DNA of 64,000 nt from an uncultured Gemmataceae bacterium (lineage in GTDB: Bacteria; Planctomycetota; Planctomycetia; Gemmatales; Gemmataceae), in NCBI GenBank assembly GCA_963750165.1, contig CAVVPN010000012.1, positions 1,024,001-1,088,000 of the forward strand, read 5' to 3'. The position numbers were made by a program, and so were the translations under genes. The notes beneath the pieces were generated by a model, which was not told where the DNA came from, did not search any database, and worked only from the letters and a program-made list of their open reading frames with translations. The first letter of the stretch is position 1. The number at the start of each line of letters is the position of its first letter. Positions 50,001 through 62,890 of the stretch are shown piece by piece.

Positions 50001-53000
50001 CCGACCCGTTACTCGGCACCGTGAAAATCACCACCACGAGCACGGCCGGCCTGTCCACGGGCATGTCGGTGACGATCGCCAATGCGGGCGGCGTGCCCGA
50101 CATCGACGGCACCTGGACCATTACCCTGGTCAATAGCACCCAGTTCACCCTGAACAGCTCGCTTGGCCTGGGAGAGACCTACACCGGCGGCGGCACCTGG
50201 ACGACGGGCGGCGGCAGCAACACCAACGTCTTCCTGTACGACCGCGCCAACGACGCCACCACGCTGGTCAGCGCCCAAAACGGCACGACGACGAGCGGCA
50301 ACGGCAACGCCAGCACCGTCGCCATCAGCGCCGACGGCAGCACCGTCGCCTTCACCGACAACGCGACGAACCTGCTGAGCACGAGCATCACCACCAGCGG
50401 CGCTCGAGCTGTACGTCTGGAGCCGCATCGCCGACAGCGCGACCGGCCTGACGGCGGGCCAGACGATCCTCGCTAGCCACGCCGCCAGCGGCGCCACCAC
50501 CGCGGCCAGCTTCGGCAGCGGCACGGCCAGCTCGCAGTGGGGTCCGCTGCCGGCGTCGCTGAGCAGCAACGGCGCCTTCGTGGCCTACTACTTCGGCGGT
50601 AACAACCTCGTCACCGGCCAGGCCGGCACCGCCAGCCCGCTCAACGTCTTCCTGTACAACGTCGCGGCCGGCACGAACACGCTGGTCAGCCACACCGCCG
50701 CCAGCGCCACGACGGCCGGCGACAACCCGACCAACAGCAACCTGTACGAGGCGAGCGGCCCGGCCATCAGCGCCAACGGCCAGTACGTCGCCTACGCCAA
50801 CAACTCGACGACGCTGCTGGCCACGGCGCTGACTGGCCAGAACGGCCAGGATAACGTCTATCTGTACAACGCCATGACCGGCACCAACACGCTGGTCAGC
50901 CACGCCGCCGGCTCGGCGACGACGCCGGACGCCAACGGCGGCACCTCGCCGAGCATCAGCAACGATGGCCGCTACGTCAGCTACATCGATTACGCGCTGC
51001 CGAGCAACGTCAGCCAATCGCGGCTGACCGCCACCTTCAGCCCCACCGTCTCGGTGCGCGTGTTCGACTCCCAGGCGTCAGCGACCGCGCAGCCGGCGGC
51101 GGTGGGCCTGGCCTTCGACCCGTCGGAACTGCTCGCGATCGGCGCCACGCTGGCGCCGACGGAGCTGAGCGGCGACGGCACCACGACGGCGTGGGTCGGC
51201 CTGGCCACCAACGCGGCCTTCGGCGTGACCGGCGACCTCAACGGCACCCTGGACGTGTTCGTCACGGCGCCGGCGGCGCCGAGCAACGGCCCGACCAGCG
51301 TGAGCCTGAGCAACACCACCGTCCACGCCGCCCAGCCGATCGGCACCACCATCGGCACGCTGACCGCCACGGACACCAACAGCGGCCAGACGTTCACCTT
51401 CACGCTGACCGGCCCCAACGCCAACCTGTTCACGCTCACCGGCAGCACCCTCACCACCAACACCGTCTTCGCGGTCGGCGTCCCGACCAACATTACTGTG
51501 GGCGTGCACGTCGTGGACACGCTCGGCCTGACGCTGGACACGACCATCATCGTCACCGTGCTGCCGGCGCCGCCGACGAACATCACGTTGAGCAACAGCA
51601 CCATCAACGCGACGCAACCGCTCAACACCACCGTCGGCACGCTGAGCACCACCGACCCGAACGCGGGCCAGAGCTTCACCTACACGGTGACCAGCAACCC
51701 CGCCAACCTGTTCACCATCACGGGCAACACGCTGCAAACCAACACGGTGTTCGCGGTCGGCAGCCCGACCACTTACAGCATCACGGTCACGACGACAGAC
51801 ACGCTGGGGCTGACCTACTCCAAGAATTTCACCATCACCGTCAACCCGGTGGCGCCGACGAACATCACGCTGAGCAACACGACCATCACCGCGGCGCAGC
51901 CGACCGGCACCACCGTCGGCACGCTCAGCACCACCGACCCGAACCCGAACCAGAGTTTCACCTACACGCTGTCCGGCCCCGCCGCCAGCCAGTTCACCAT
52001 CGCCAACACCAACACGCTGCAGACCAACACGGTCTTCTCCGTCGCCACCCCGACCACTTACAGCATCACGGTGACGACGACGGACACGCTGGGCTTGACC
52101 TACTCCAAGAGTTTCACCATCACTGTCAACCCGGCGCCGCCGACGAACATCGCGCTGAGCAACACCACCGTCAGCGCCGCGCAGCCGATCAACACCATCG
52201 TCGGCACGCTCAGCACCACCGACCCGAACCCCAGCCAGAGTTTCAGCTACACATTGACCGGCGCCAACCCCGGCCAGTTCACCATCAGCAATAACACGCT
52301 GCAGACCACCACGGTGTTCGCGGTCGGCGCCCCGACCAATTACAACATCACGGTGCAGACGACAGACACGCTGGGCTTGACCTACTCCAAGACGTTCACC
52401 ATCACCGTCAACCCGGCGCTGCCGACGAACATCGCGCTCAGCAACAGCACCATCGTGGCGGCGCAGCCGACCGGCACCACCGTCGGCACGCTGAGCACGA
52501 CCGACCCGAACGCCGGCCAGAGTTTCACCTACACGCTGACCAACAACGCCAACAACCAGTTCACCCTCTCGAACAACACGCTGCAAACCAATGCGGTGTT
52601 CGCGGTCGGCGCCCCGACCACTTACAGCATTACGGTCCAGACGATGGACACGCTGGGGCTGACCTATTCCAAGACGTTCACCATCACCGTCAACCCGGCG
52701 CTGCCGACGAACATCACGCTCAGCAACAGCACCATCGTGGCGGCGCAGCCGACCGGCACCACGGTCGGCACGCTGAGCACCACCGACCCGAACGCCGGCC
52801 AGAGCTTCAGCTACACGCTGTCCGGCACCGACGCCAGCAAGTTCAGCATCTCGAACAACACGCTGCAAACCAACGTCGTTTTCGCCGTGGGTGCCCCGAC
52901 CACTTACAGCATCACGGTCACGACGACGGACACGCTCGGGTTGACCTATCAGAAGCCGTTCACCATCACCGTCAACCCGGCGCCGCCGACGAACATCGCG

Positions 53001-56000
53001 TTGAGCAATAGCACCATCGTGGCAGCGCAGCCGACCAGCACCACCGTCGGCACGCTGAGCACCACCGACCCCAACGCCGGCCAGAGCTTCAGCTACACGC
53101 TGTCCGGCACCGACGCCAGCAAGTTCAGCGTCAACGGCGGCACCCTGCAAACCAACTACGTCTTCGCCGTCGGCGTCCCGACCACTTACAGCATCACGGT
53201 GCAGACGACGGACACGCTGGGCTTGACCTACTCCAAGAGTTTCACCATCACCGTCAACCCGGCGCCGCCGACGAATATCACGCTCAGCAACACCGCGGTG
53301 ACCGCCTACCGATCCTCCGGCACCGTCGTTGGCACACTCAGCACCACCGACCCGAACGCCGGCCAGAGCTTCAGCTACGCGCTGTCCGGCACCGACGCCA
53401 GCAAGTTCAGCATCAGCGGCGGCACCCTGCAAACGGCCGCGGTGTTCCCGGTCACCACCATGACCACGTACAGCATCACGGTCACGACCACGGACTCGCT
53501 GGGGCTGACCTACGCGAAGCCGTTCACCATCACCGTCAACCCGAGCACGGCGACGCCCACGGACATCAGCCTGTCGAACCAGTCCGTGGCGTCGAGCCAG
53601 CCGGCCGGCGTGACGGTCGGCATGTTCACCACGACCGACCCGAATGTCCAGCAGACTTTCACGTACGTGCTGTCCGGCCCGGCCGCCAGCTTCTTGACGG
53701 TCAACGGCAACATGCTGCAAACCGGCACGCTGCCGACGGTCACCACGCAGACCAATTACAGCCTGACAGTGCAGACCACCGACTCGCTGGGCTTCACCTA
53801 CAGCAAGACCTTCACCATCACGCTGTTCCCGAATGGTCCCACCAACATCGCGCTGAGCAACAGCACCATCAGCGCGGCGCAGTTGATCGGCACCACCGTC
53901 GGCACGCTGAGCACCACCGACACCAACAGCGGCCAGAGCTTCACCTACACACTGTCCGGCCCCGCCGCCAGCGATTTCAGCATCAGCGGCAGCACGTTGC
54001 AAACCAACGTCGTCTTCGCGGTCGGCGCCCCGACCATTTACAACATCACGGTGACCGCAACGGACTCCCTGGACCTGAGCTTCCCCAAGGGCTTCGCCAT
54101 CACCGTCAACCCGGTGGCGCCGACGAACATCCAGCTGAGCAACAGCACGATCATCGCGGCCCAGTCGGTCGGCGCCACGGTCGGTACGCTGAGCACCACC
54201 GACCCCAACGCCGGCCAGAGCTTCAGCTACACGCTGTCCGGCACCGACGCCAGCAAGTTCAGCGTCAACGGCAGCACCCTGCAAACCAACTACGTCTTCG
54301 CCGTCGGCGTCCCGACCACTTACAGCATCACGGTCACGACGACGGACACGCTCGGGCTGACCTACCAGAAGCCGTTCACCATCACCGTCAACCCGGCGCC
54401 GCCGACGAACATCGCGCTGAGCAATAGCACGATTGTGGCGGCCCAGTCGGTCGGCGCCACCGTCGGCACGCTGAGCACCACCGACCCGAACGCCGGCCAG
54501 AGTTTCACCTACGCGCTGTCCGGCACCAACGCCAGCAAGTTCAGCGTCAACGGCAGCACCCTGCAAACCAACGTCGTCTTCGCCGTCGGCGTCCCGACCA
54601 CTTACAGCATCACGGTCACGACGACGGACACGCTCGGGCTGACCTACCAGAAGCCGTTCACCATCACCGTCAACCCGGCGCCGCCCACCGACATCCAGAT
54701 GAGCAGCGCCGCGGTGACCGCCTACCAGTCCGCCGGCACGGCCTTCGGCCTGCTCACCACGACCGACCCGAACGCGGGCCAGACCTTCACCTACGCCCTG
54801 TCCGGCACCGACGCCAGCAAGTTCAGCGTCAGCGGCAACACGCTGGAGACGGCCGCGGTGTTCCCGGTCACCACGGTCACCACCTACAGCATCACGGTCA
54901 CGACCACGGACTCGCTGGGGCTGACGTACGCGAAGCCGTTCACCATCACCGTCAACCCGACCACGGCGGCGCCCACGGACATCAGCCTGTCGAACCTCAA
55001 CGTGGCCGCCAATGCGTCCGTGGGCTCGACGGTCGGCACGTTCACCACGACCGACCCGAACGCCGGCCAGAGCTTCAGCTACACATTGTCCGGCCCGGCC
55101 GCCAGCTTCTTGACGGTTAGCGGCAACGCGCTGCTGACCGGCACGCTGCCGACCGTCACCGCCCCGACCAGTTACAGCCTGACGGTGCAGACCACCGACT
55201 CGGCGGCCCTGAGTTTCAGCAAGACCCTCACCCTCACGCTGCTCCCCGGCAGTCCCACCGACATCGCGCTGACCGGCACCAGCGTGACGGCCTACCAGGC
55301 CGCCGACACCACCGTCGGCACGCTGAGCACCACCGACCCGAACGCCGGCCAGAGCTTCACCTATACGCTGTCCGGCACCGACGCCAGCAAGTTCAGCATC
55401 AGCGGCAACACGCTGGAGACGGCCGCGGTGTTCCCGGTCACCACGGTCACCACCTACAGCATCACGGTCACGACCACGGACTCGCTGGGGCTGACGTACG
55501 CGAAGCCGTTCACCATCACCGTCAACCCGACCAGGGCGGCGCCCACCAGCGTCAGCCTGAGCCTGGCGGGGCCGAACCCGGTGCTGCTCTCCGGCCTGGC
55601 CACGGGCGCGACCGTCGGCACCTTCAGCACCACCGACCCCAACGCCGGCCAGAGCTTCACCTACAGCCTGGTCAGCGGCACGGGCGGCACCAACAACGCG
55701 GCCTTCGCCATCAGCGGCAACAAGCTGGTGACCGCGACGCCGTTGACCGTCACGGTGCCGACCACGTTCAGCGTCCTCGTCCGCGTCACCGACAGCGCCG
55801 GCCTGAGCGTCAACCAGGTGTTGACCTTCAAGGCCATCCCCAACGCGACCGTCACTCCGCCGGCCGTCGTCTACGTCAACCAGGCCTGGGCCAGCCTGCC
55901 CATCGGCACCGACCCGGACGGCACCGGCCCGGCCCTGGCCATCGGCTATGACGCCTACGCCACGGTGCCGCAGGGCACCAGGGCGGTCGCGGCCGGCGGC

Positions 56001-58067
56001 ACCGTGAACCTCGCGGCCGGCACCTACCAGGAAAGTGTCAGCCTGTTGAAGTCCATGACGTTGCAGGGCGCCGGCTCCGCGAGCACGGTGCTGTCCGGCA
56101 GCGGCAGCGGCACGGGCATCCTGTCCGGCGGCGCCACGGTCAACATCGCGGGCCTGACCGTTCAGAACTTCGCGCTCGGCCTGGCCGCCGGCGCCATCAC
56201 GGCGCCGCAGACCGGCACAACCACCAGCGCCCTCGGCCTGACCGACGTGCGCTTCACCGGCAACACCACGGGCGCTTCGCTCAACGGCCTGGCATCGGTC
56301 ACCTACACCAGCACCGCCAACAATGGGGCCTATTACGTGGACGCCGGCATGTTCGGCCGGAGCGGCGACAATCTGGTGGAGTACGGCAACGTGGTCAGCC
56401 TGGTCATCGACGGCGCCGGCAGCAACAGCACGTACTTCGTCAAACTGGCCAACCTGGGCAGCGGTGTGACGATCCAGAACACGGGGCCCGGCAGCAGTGC
56501 GGCCGACTTCGTGGCCACCCCCGGCAACGACCTCATCACGGTCACCAACACGCAGGTCAGCATCGGCAGCGCCCTGGCGAGCTACAGAGGCCTCGCCAAC
56601 GTCGTGATCACTGGCGATGGCGGCGACGACGGCGTGAACATCGTGCGCAACACGCCCACCGCCACCAGCATCACCGTGGTCGCCGGCTCGAAGAACAGCT
56701 TCCTGATGGACAACCTGACCAGCATCGCCACGACCAATCAGGTGATGGTGGGTGCCAACACCATCATGGACTCGGGCATTGGCGGGCCGGTCTACCTGGC
56801 GGCAGGCGACGTGTTCGGCGTCGGCGTCATGGTGCAGACCGGGGTCGGCAATGACGTGATCCTGGTGGCCGGCACGCTGCCGGGCACCCCGACCACCGTG
56901 GACGCTGGCGACGGCGACAACACCCTGGTGGCGGGCTCGACCGCCAAACAGGCCAGCTCCGTGCTCAGCGGCATCGTCTCGCCGGTGATGCTGGAGGCGG
57001 GTAGCGGCGCCAACACGCTGGTGGTCAGCGACGCGGGCAACCCGGCGGCCAACACGGTCTACGTCACGGCCAACGCCATCCTCGGCTCCGTGCGGCCGTA
57101 CAACATCTACTACCAATCGAACGGCGGCACCTTCGTGAGCGGGCTGCTGCAGCTGGGCGCGGGCAACAACACGGTGGTCCTGGCGGGCAAGCCCGGCACC
57201 CAAACCTTCACCGTCTACGGCAACGGCGGCAACAACACCTTCGACGCGGTGGTGGCGCCGACCGATGGGATCGCCGGCGTGAACCTGATCGGCGGCTCCG
57301 GCACCAACACGCTGAACGTCACCGACTCGTCGAACACGGCGGTGATGCAGAACCAGCCCACCGGTGTCGGCCAGGGCGTGGTGAGCGTCGCCTACGCACA
57401 GGGCACGATGAGCCAGGTGAACTATTACAACATGGCCGGGGTCAACCTCAGCGTCAGCCCCGATCAGAGTTACATCCGCGAGGTGTACCAGAAGGTGCTG
57501 CAGCGCGACCCGACGGCGCAGGAGGAGGCCACAGGCGTGGTGACGCTGCAGCAGGCCGGCGCCCTGGCGTTCGTCGAGGGCGTCGAGAGCACGACCGAGG
57601 CGCACGACGTGGTGATTAAGCAGTGGTATCAGCAGTACCTGAACGAGGCGCCGGATGCGTCGTTCACCAGGTGGGTAAGCGAACTGGGGGCCGCGGGCTA
57701 CACCAAGACGCTGAGCGATTTCCTGGCGACGCAACTGGGCGGCACGGACGCGCAGTTCATCGCGGCGGTGTATCAGGACCTGCTGGGCACGTCGGTCAGC
57801 GCGAAGAACCAACCCGGCCTGCTGGCGCTGCTACAGAGCGTCGGACGGCAGGCGTTCGTCCAGACGGTGCTGGCGTCGTCGCAGTTTGAGCAGGTGATCG
57901 CCGCCGAGGATTACACGTATTTCCTGGGCCGGTCTGCCTCGGCCGCCGAACTGCAATCCTGGGCGACCTCGAAGCTGGACGAGATTTCAATGGACGAGGC
58001 GTTCCTGACCTCGGCGGAGTTCATGAGCTTGACGACGATCGTGAATCCGAGCCAGTCGGCCTCCTGA
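47072..58067 (+). CDS. Giant secreted adhesin-like protein (~3,660 aa): TolB-like propellers, 16 cadherin-like repeats, beta-helix/RTX-like region, DUF4214-like C-terminus; frameshift near 50403
   Basis: LFLESLEERTVPS N-terminus; ISADG..VAY repeats continue across the frame change; PTNIxLS...T.T.DP repeats; C-terminal YQKVLQRDP / YFLGRSAS...FLTSAEF. Confidence 0.85.
51290..55850 (+). repeat. 16 tandem ~282-bp intragenic repeats (cadherin-like domains)
   Basis: Counted 16 units of about 94-100 aa starting PT[NDS][IV]x[LM][ST]; several are near-identical at DNA level. Confidence 0.9.
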
Positions 58068-58162
58068 CGCCGGTTCGTTCGCAGCGGTTCATGCTGGCCG
58101 TCGCGGGCGGCGTAGTGGCAGAGCGCTACGCCGCCCGCGACGGCCTTCATGTTTTTCGCCGG

Positions 58163-59374
58163 TCATTGTTTCGGACCGCGGTCGAGGACCACGTTGCCCC
58201 GGCGGTCCAGGACCAGCAAGCGCTCGGGATTGGGCGCCTGGGCACCCACCGGATCGAGGAAGCAGCGCAGGGCCACGTACGCCCGGTTCGGGGAGGGCGT
58301 CGCAATCACGAACATCGCTTCGGGAACCAGCACCTTCGCTTTCTTCCCCGGCCGCTTCAATTCCACGCGCACATAGGGAAGCACCTGCTCACTGCGAGCT
58401 CGCTTCAACGGCAGAACCACCGTCCGCAAGACGGCCCCGTCCGCCAGCGGAAACTGATCCTTGACCAACTTGCCGTCCGCCTTGATTGGTGCGCCGATCT
58501 TCCAGCGGATTTGCTGGCCGTCCGTGTCGATCCGCAGCGTGACCCCCGAGAACGTGACCACCGCCACCCCCTTCTCCCAGTGCGAGGCGTGCAGGGCGGG
58601 TGAACCGGTCATTGTCACCCGAAAGACGTCGAGTTCCGGCGCGGGGAATTGCAGCGCGAGTTTCTTGGAGTCGAGGTTCGCGTCGGCCTTGATCTCCTTC
58701 ACGCCGCCGTGCCAGTCGATCATGGCGTAGCTCGGCAGTTTGTCCTGGTCGTCCGCAATGCGGACGACCAGGAACCCCGCGCCGTCGGGGTGAATGGGGC
58801 TCCCCTCAATACAGACGACGGCGGTCCAATCAAACGCAGTCATCCGCTGCGCCCGAAGGTCATACAGGCCGGTGACCCAGTCGCAAAACACGACGAGGTG
58901 ATTGCCCCCCGGCGACCAGTACAGCAGCGGCGGCAAGGCGCCGATGAACTGGGGGCCCTCTTTCTGACGGGGCTTGAACGGCAATTCCTTTGACCGCACC
59001 AGTTCGTCTTTCTCCGCGTCATAAATGATGATCTGGATCGGGTGGGGTTCGGTCCCATGCCAGTCGTATTTGGCAAAGGCCAGTCGCTTGCCGTCGGGGC
59101 TGATGGCCGCCTGCCCTGCCTGCTCGTCCCTGGGTGCATCCGTCAGGAAATCCCGGAGTTTTTTCGTGACCTTGAAGGGCTGCGGTGGTGCCTGTCCGTC
59201 GGTTCGGGGGATGGCAACGAAATAGTCCGCCGCTGCGGTTTCCGAAATGACAAGGAAGCCGCTGGAGTCCGGCAGCCAGGTGACGCCCGGGAAACAACCG
59301 GCGGCACAGGCAGTCAGGCACGCGACCACCGCGAAGCCCAGGCGCCGTCCGCGGGTCTTGCCAGTGCTGGCCAT
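58163..59374 (-). CDS. Hypothetical lipoprotein with TolB-like propeller motifs
   Basis: Lipobox-like AAGC; WLPDSSG, ISPDGKRLAF, WSPGG. Confidence 0.7.
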   Translation of the reverse strand: MASTGKTRGRRLGFAVVACLTACAAGCFPGVTWLPDSSGFLVISETAAADYFVAIPRTDGQAPPQPFKVTKKLRDFLTDAPRDEQAGQAAISPDGKRLAFAKYDWHGTEPHPIQIIIYDAEKDELVRSKELPFKPRQKEGPQFIGALPPLLYWSPGGNHLVVFCDWVTGLYDLRAQRMTAFDWTAVVCIEGSPIHPDGAGFLVVRIADDQDKLPSYAMIDWHGGVKEIKADANLDSKKLALQFPAPELDVFRVTMTGSPALHASHWEKGVAVVTFSGVTLRIDTDGQQIRWKIGAPIKADGKLVKDQFPLADGAVLRTVVLPLKRARSEQVLPYVRVELKRPGKKAKVLVPEAMFVIATPSPNRAYVALRCFLDPVGAQAPNPERLLVLDRRGNVVLDRGPKQ

Positions 59375-59485
59375 GCGAGTCCCTCCCTGGAACGTGGCGA
59401 GAATAGAAGCGACAGAGGATTATCCGACCTGGGAAGCAAATGAGGAAGACCAATGCGACAGCGACCCGGTCGGCGGCGGAGATCG

Positions 59486-60208
59486 TCAAGACAAGCGCAA
59501 CATCCGGCAGGCGTCGAGGTAGCTTTTTTCCAGGTCAAGCGGCAACACCAGTTCGGGGGTCAGCCACAGTGGGACCACGGGCAGCAGTTCGCCGACCGCC
59601 AGCGCGAACGGCCACAGGTCGAACCGGGTCTGGTCTTGCGGCAGCCGAAGGGTGTGATATGACACGGCGTACCGGCTCGCGTCCGTCAGCGCCGAGCCGG
59701 CGAGTTGGGGTGCCACCAGTCGCAGCAGTTCGGCGTGCAGGTTGCCAGCCCGGGACGTGACCACGTCGATCAGGACCAGCGAACAGCTCTGGAGCAGATA
59801 ACTGGCGCACTTGATCGCGAGAGCTTGCCGGCTGGCCGGCCGGTCCTTGTTGCGCGGGCTTACCAGTTCAATGGCCGCCACCAACCGGCCGCCGTCGTCA
59901 TGCACCAGTACCTCGCTGGCGTCCAACTCGGACCAGTCCACGACCGCCGTCACCGCGGCTGCGGGCGAGGCGTACACGGCGGTCGCAACGCCGCCATTCT
60001 GCGAGCCGCCCTGAGTCTGGGCGCCGAACGTGCCGACATCCACTTCCACACTGCCGACGGTGACCTGTGGCACCGCGTAATAGTGCGGCGGCAGTAACCC
60101 CTCACTGAGCGATTCCGCGATGTAGGTGGGCCAGCTGCTGTGCATGGCCTCCCACCTGGACGCCCAGGTTTGTGGCCCTTGAAAATGTTCGCGCAGGGGC
60201 ATCGGCAT
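59486..60208 (-). CDS. DUF4058-family protein
   Basis: MPLREHF..WEAMHSSW, LVAAIELVSPRNKDR, LPVVPLWL, LDLEKSY. Confidence 0.85.
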   Translation of the reverse strand: MPMPLREHFQGPQTWASRWEAMHSSWPTYIAESLSEGLLPPHYYAVPQVTVGSVEVDVGTFGAQTQGGSQNGGVATAVYASPAAAVTAVVDWSELDASEVLVHDDGGRLVAAIELVSPRNKDRPASRQALAIKCASYLLQSCSLVLIDVVTSRAGNLHAELLRLVAPQLAGSALTDASRYAVSYHTLRLPQDQTRFDLWPFALAVGELLPVVPLWLTPELVLPLDLEKSYLDACRMLRLS

Positions 60209-60216
60209 TCTCCCTC

Positions 60217-60264
60217 ATACAGAATCGGGTTGCTGGTTGGCGTAACCAGCAACCCGATTTGGTA

Positions 60265-60265
<1 letters not shown>
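60217..60265. repeat. Palindromic REP-like or terminator-like hairpin
   Basis: AATCGGGTTGCTGGTT-ggcgt-AACCAGCAACCCGATT, perfect 16-bp arms. Confidence 0.7.
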
Positions 60266-61702
<1,437 letters not shown>

Positions 61703-61735
61703 CGGCTATCTCCCTCAAGGTGCCATTCGCCATGC

Positions 61736-61853
61736 TGTGGGCCGGTCTGCCGAGCAGCCCACGGCCGTGACCGAAGGTCTCCTCTTTGGGTGCTAAAACC
61801 CGGAGGAGACCTTCGGTCGCGGCCGTGGCTTGGTCCGGAGACCAAGCCACAAC
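61736..61853. repeat. REPIN-like composite palindrome, copy 1
   Basis: TGTGGGCCGGTCT...GACCGAAGGTCTCCT / AGGAGACCTTCGGTC...GGTCCGGAGACCAAGCCACAAC; matches copy 2. Confidence 0.8.
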
Positions 61854-61888
61854 GAGTGTGAGGTGCCATTCCCAAAGACCATGCGTGC

Positions 61889-62647
61889 TCACTTCGCCTT
61901 GCCGGACGGCGGCACGGTAACGAGCAAGGCCAACCCGGGTTGCTTCTGGCCGTTGCGCGAGATCGTGCGGAGGTGCACGCCCGCCTGGAGCTGGGCCGCG
62001 GAAACGCCAACCCCCGCCAGCCACGGATCGATCTTCGCCAGGTCCGCATCCGCCCGGGCCGGTTGGGCCGGCGGGGCCTGCATGTACCGCCGGAAGTCCA
62101 CATACGGTTCGACGAACTTGCGGTAACACGTCCAGTCGTCCAGGATGAGGAGCCGGCCGCCGCGGCGCACGAATTCCAGGGCCGCCTCCACTTCCGGCGG
62201 CGAAATGGGCAGCCCGACCGGGCCGCTGTCCTGCATCATAATGATGAGGTTCGGCGGCTGTTTGTCCCTGAGCAGGTCGCGCAGCACGGTGGCCGTGTGC
62301 CGCAGTTGCTTGTAGGATCGTTTCGGCCCGGCGTTGCGGACGCGGTTCAGGTCGGCCATTGTCAGGTAACTGCCGATGAGCGGCGGCGTCCCGATGAGCA
62401 CGCCGCGCACCTCGTCCAGGTCCACTTCCATCCAGTCGAGAGCCGACCACGGCATCCGGCCGTAAACGCTCAGCCCGCACTTCTGGTTGGTGTTGATCGG
62501 CGCGGCCCAGTCCCAGTCGTCGTCATCGGCGTAGAGGAAGCGGCCCTCCGGCGACAACCGCGGCGCGGCGTTGTCCTGCCCGAGCGCCGGCGCGGCCAGG
62601 AACGCCGTGAGGATCAATGCCACGCAACGCGCGCGAATCATGAGCAT
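61889..62647 (-). CDS. Secreted hypothetical protein
   Basis: Signal peptide (LILTAFLAAPALG-Q); ALEFVRRGGRLLILDD resembles GATase-like folds. Confidence 0.65.
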   Translation of the reverse strand: MLMIRARCVALILTAFLAAPALGQDNAAPRLSPEGRFLYADDDDWDWAAPINTNQKCGLSVYGRMPWSALDWMEVDLDEVRGVLIGTPPLIGSYLTMADLNRVRNAGPKRSYKQLRHTATVLRDLLRDKQPPNLIIMMQDSGPVGLPISPPEVEAALEFVRRGGRLLILDDWTCYRKFVEPYVDFRRYMQAPPAQPARADADLAKIDPWLAGVGVSAAQLQAGVHLRTISRNGQKQPGLALLVTVPPSGKAK

Positions 62648-62681
62648 CCCTCCGCTGGAACGAACCACATTCCTTGTGCGC

Positions 62682-62855
62682 CACTTGTTGTGGGCCGGTC
62701 TCCCGACCGGCCCAAGGGCCGCGACCTCACTTGTTGTGGGCCGGTCTCCTGACCGGTCCACGGGCCGCGACCGAAGGTCTCCTCTTTTAACCACTGGAAC
62801 TCGGAGGAGACCTTCGGTCAGGCCCTGTGGCTTGGTCCGGAGACCAAGCCACAAC
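62682..62855. repeat. REPIN-like composite palindrome, copy 2, with a duplicated left end
   Basis: Same arms as 61736-61853; the ~46-nt left unit is tandemly duplicated. Confidence 0.8.
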
Positions 62856-62890
62856 GTACAAGACCAAACCACAACGAAACAGCAGCGTCC

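Noticed and set aside
51290..55850. Tandem repeats as CRISPR or a DGR template/variable pair
   Set aside because: The ~282-bp units are in frame and protein-coding; there is no reverse transcriptase and I saw no adenine-specific variation.
51078..57812. 2,244-aa ORF on the minus strand (also 46808-49597)
   Set aside because: Antisense shadow of the GC-rich repetitive adhesin gene; Arg/Gly/Val-rich with no domain signal.
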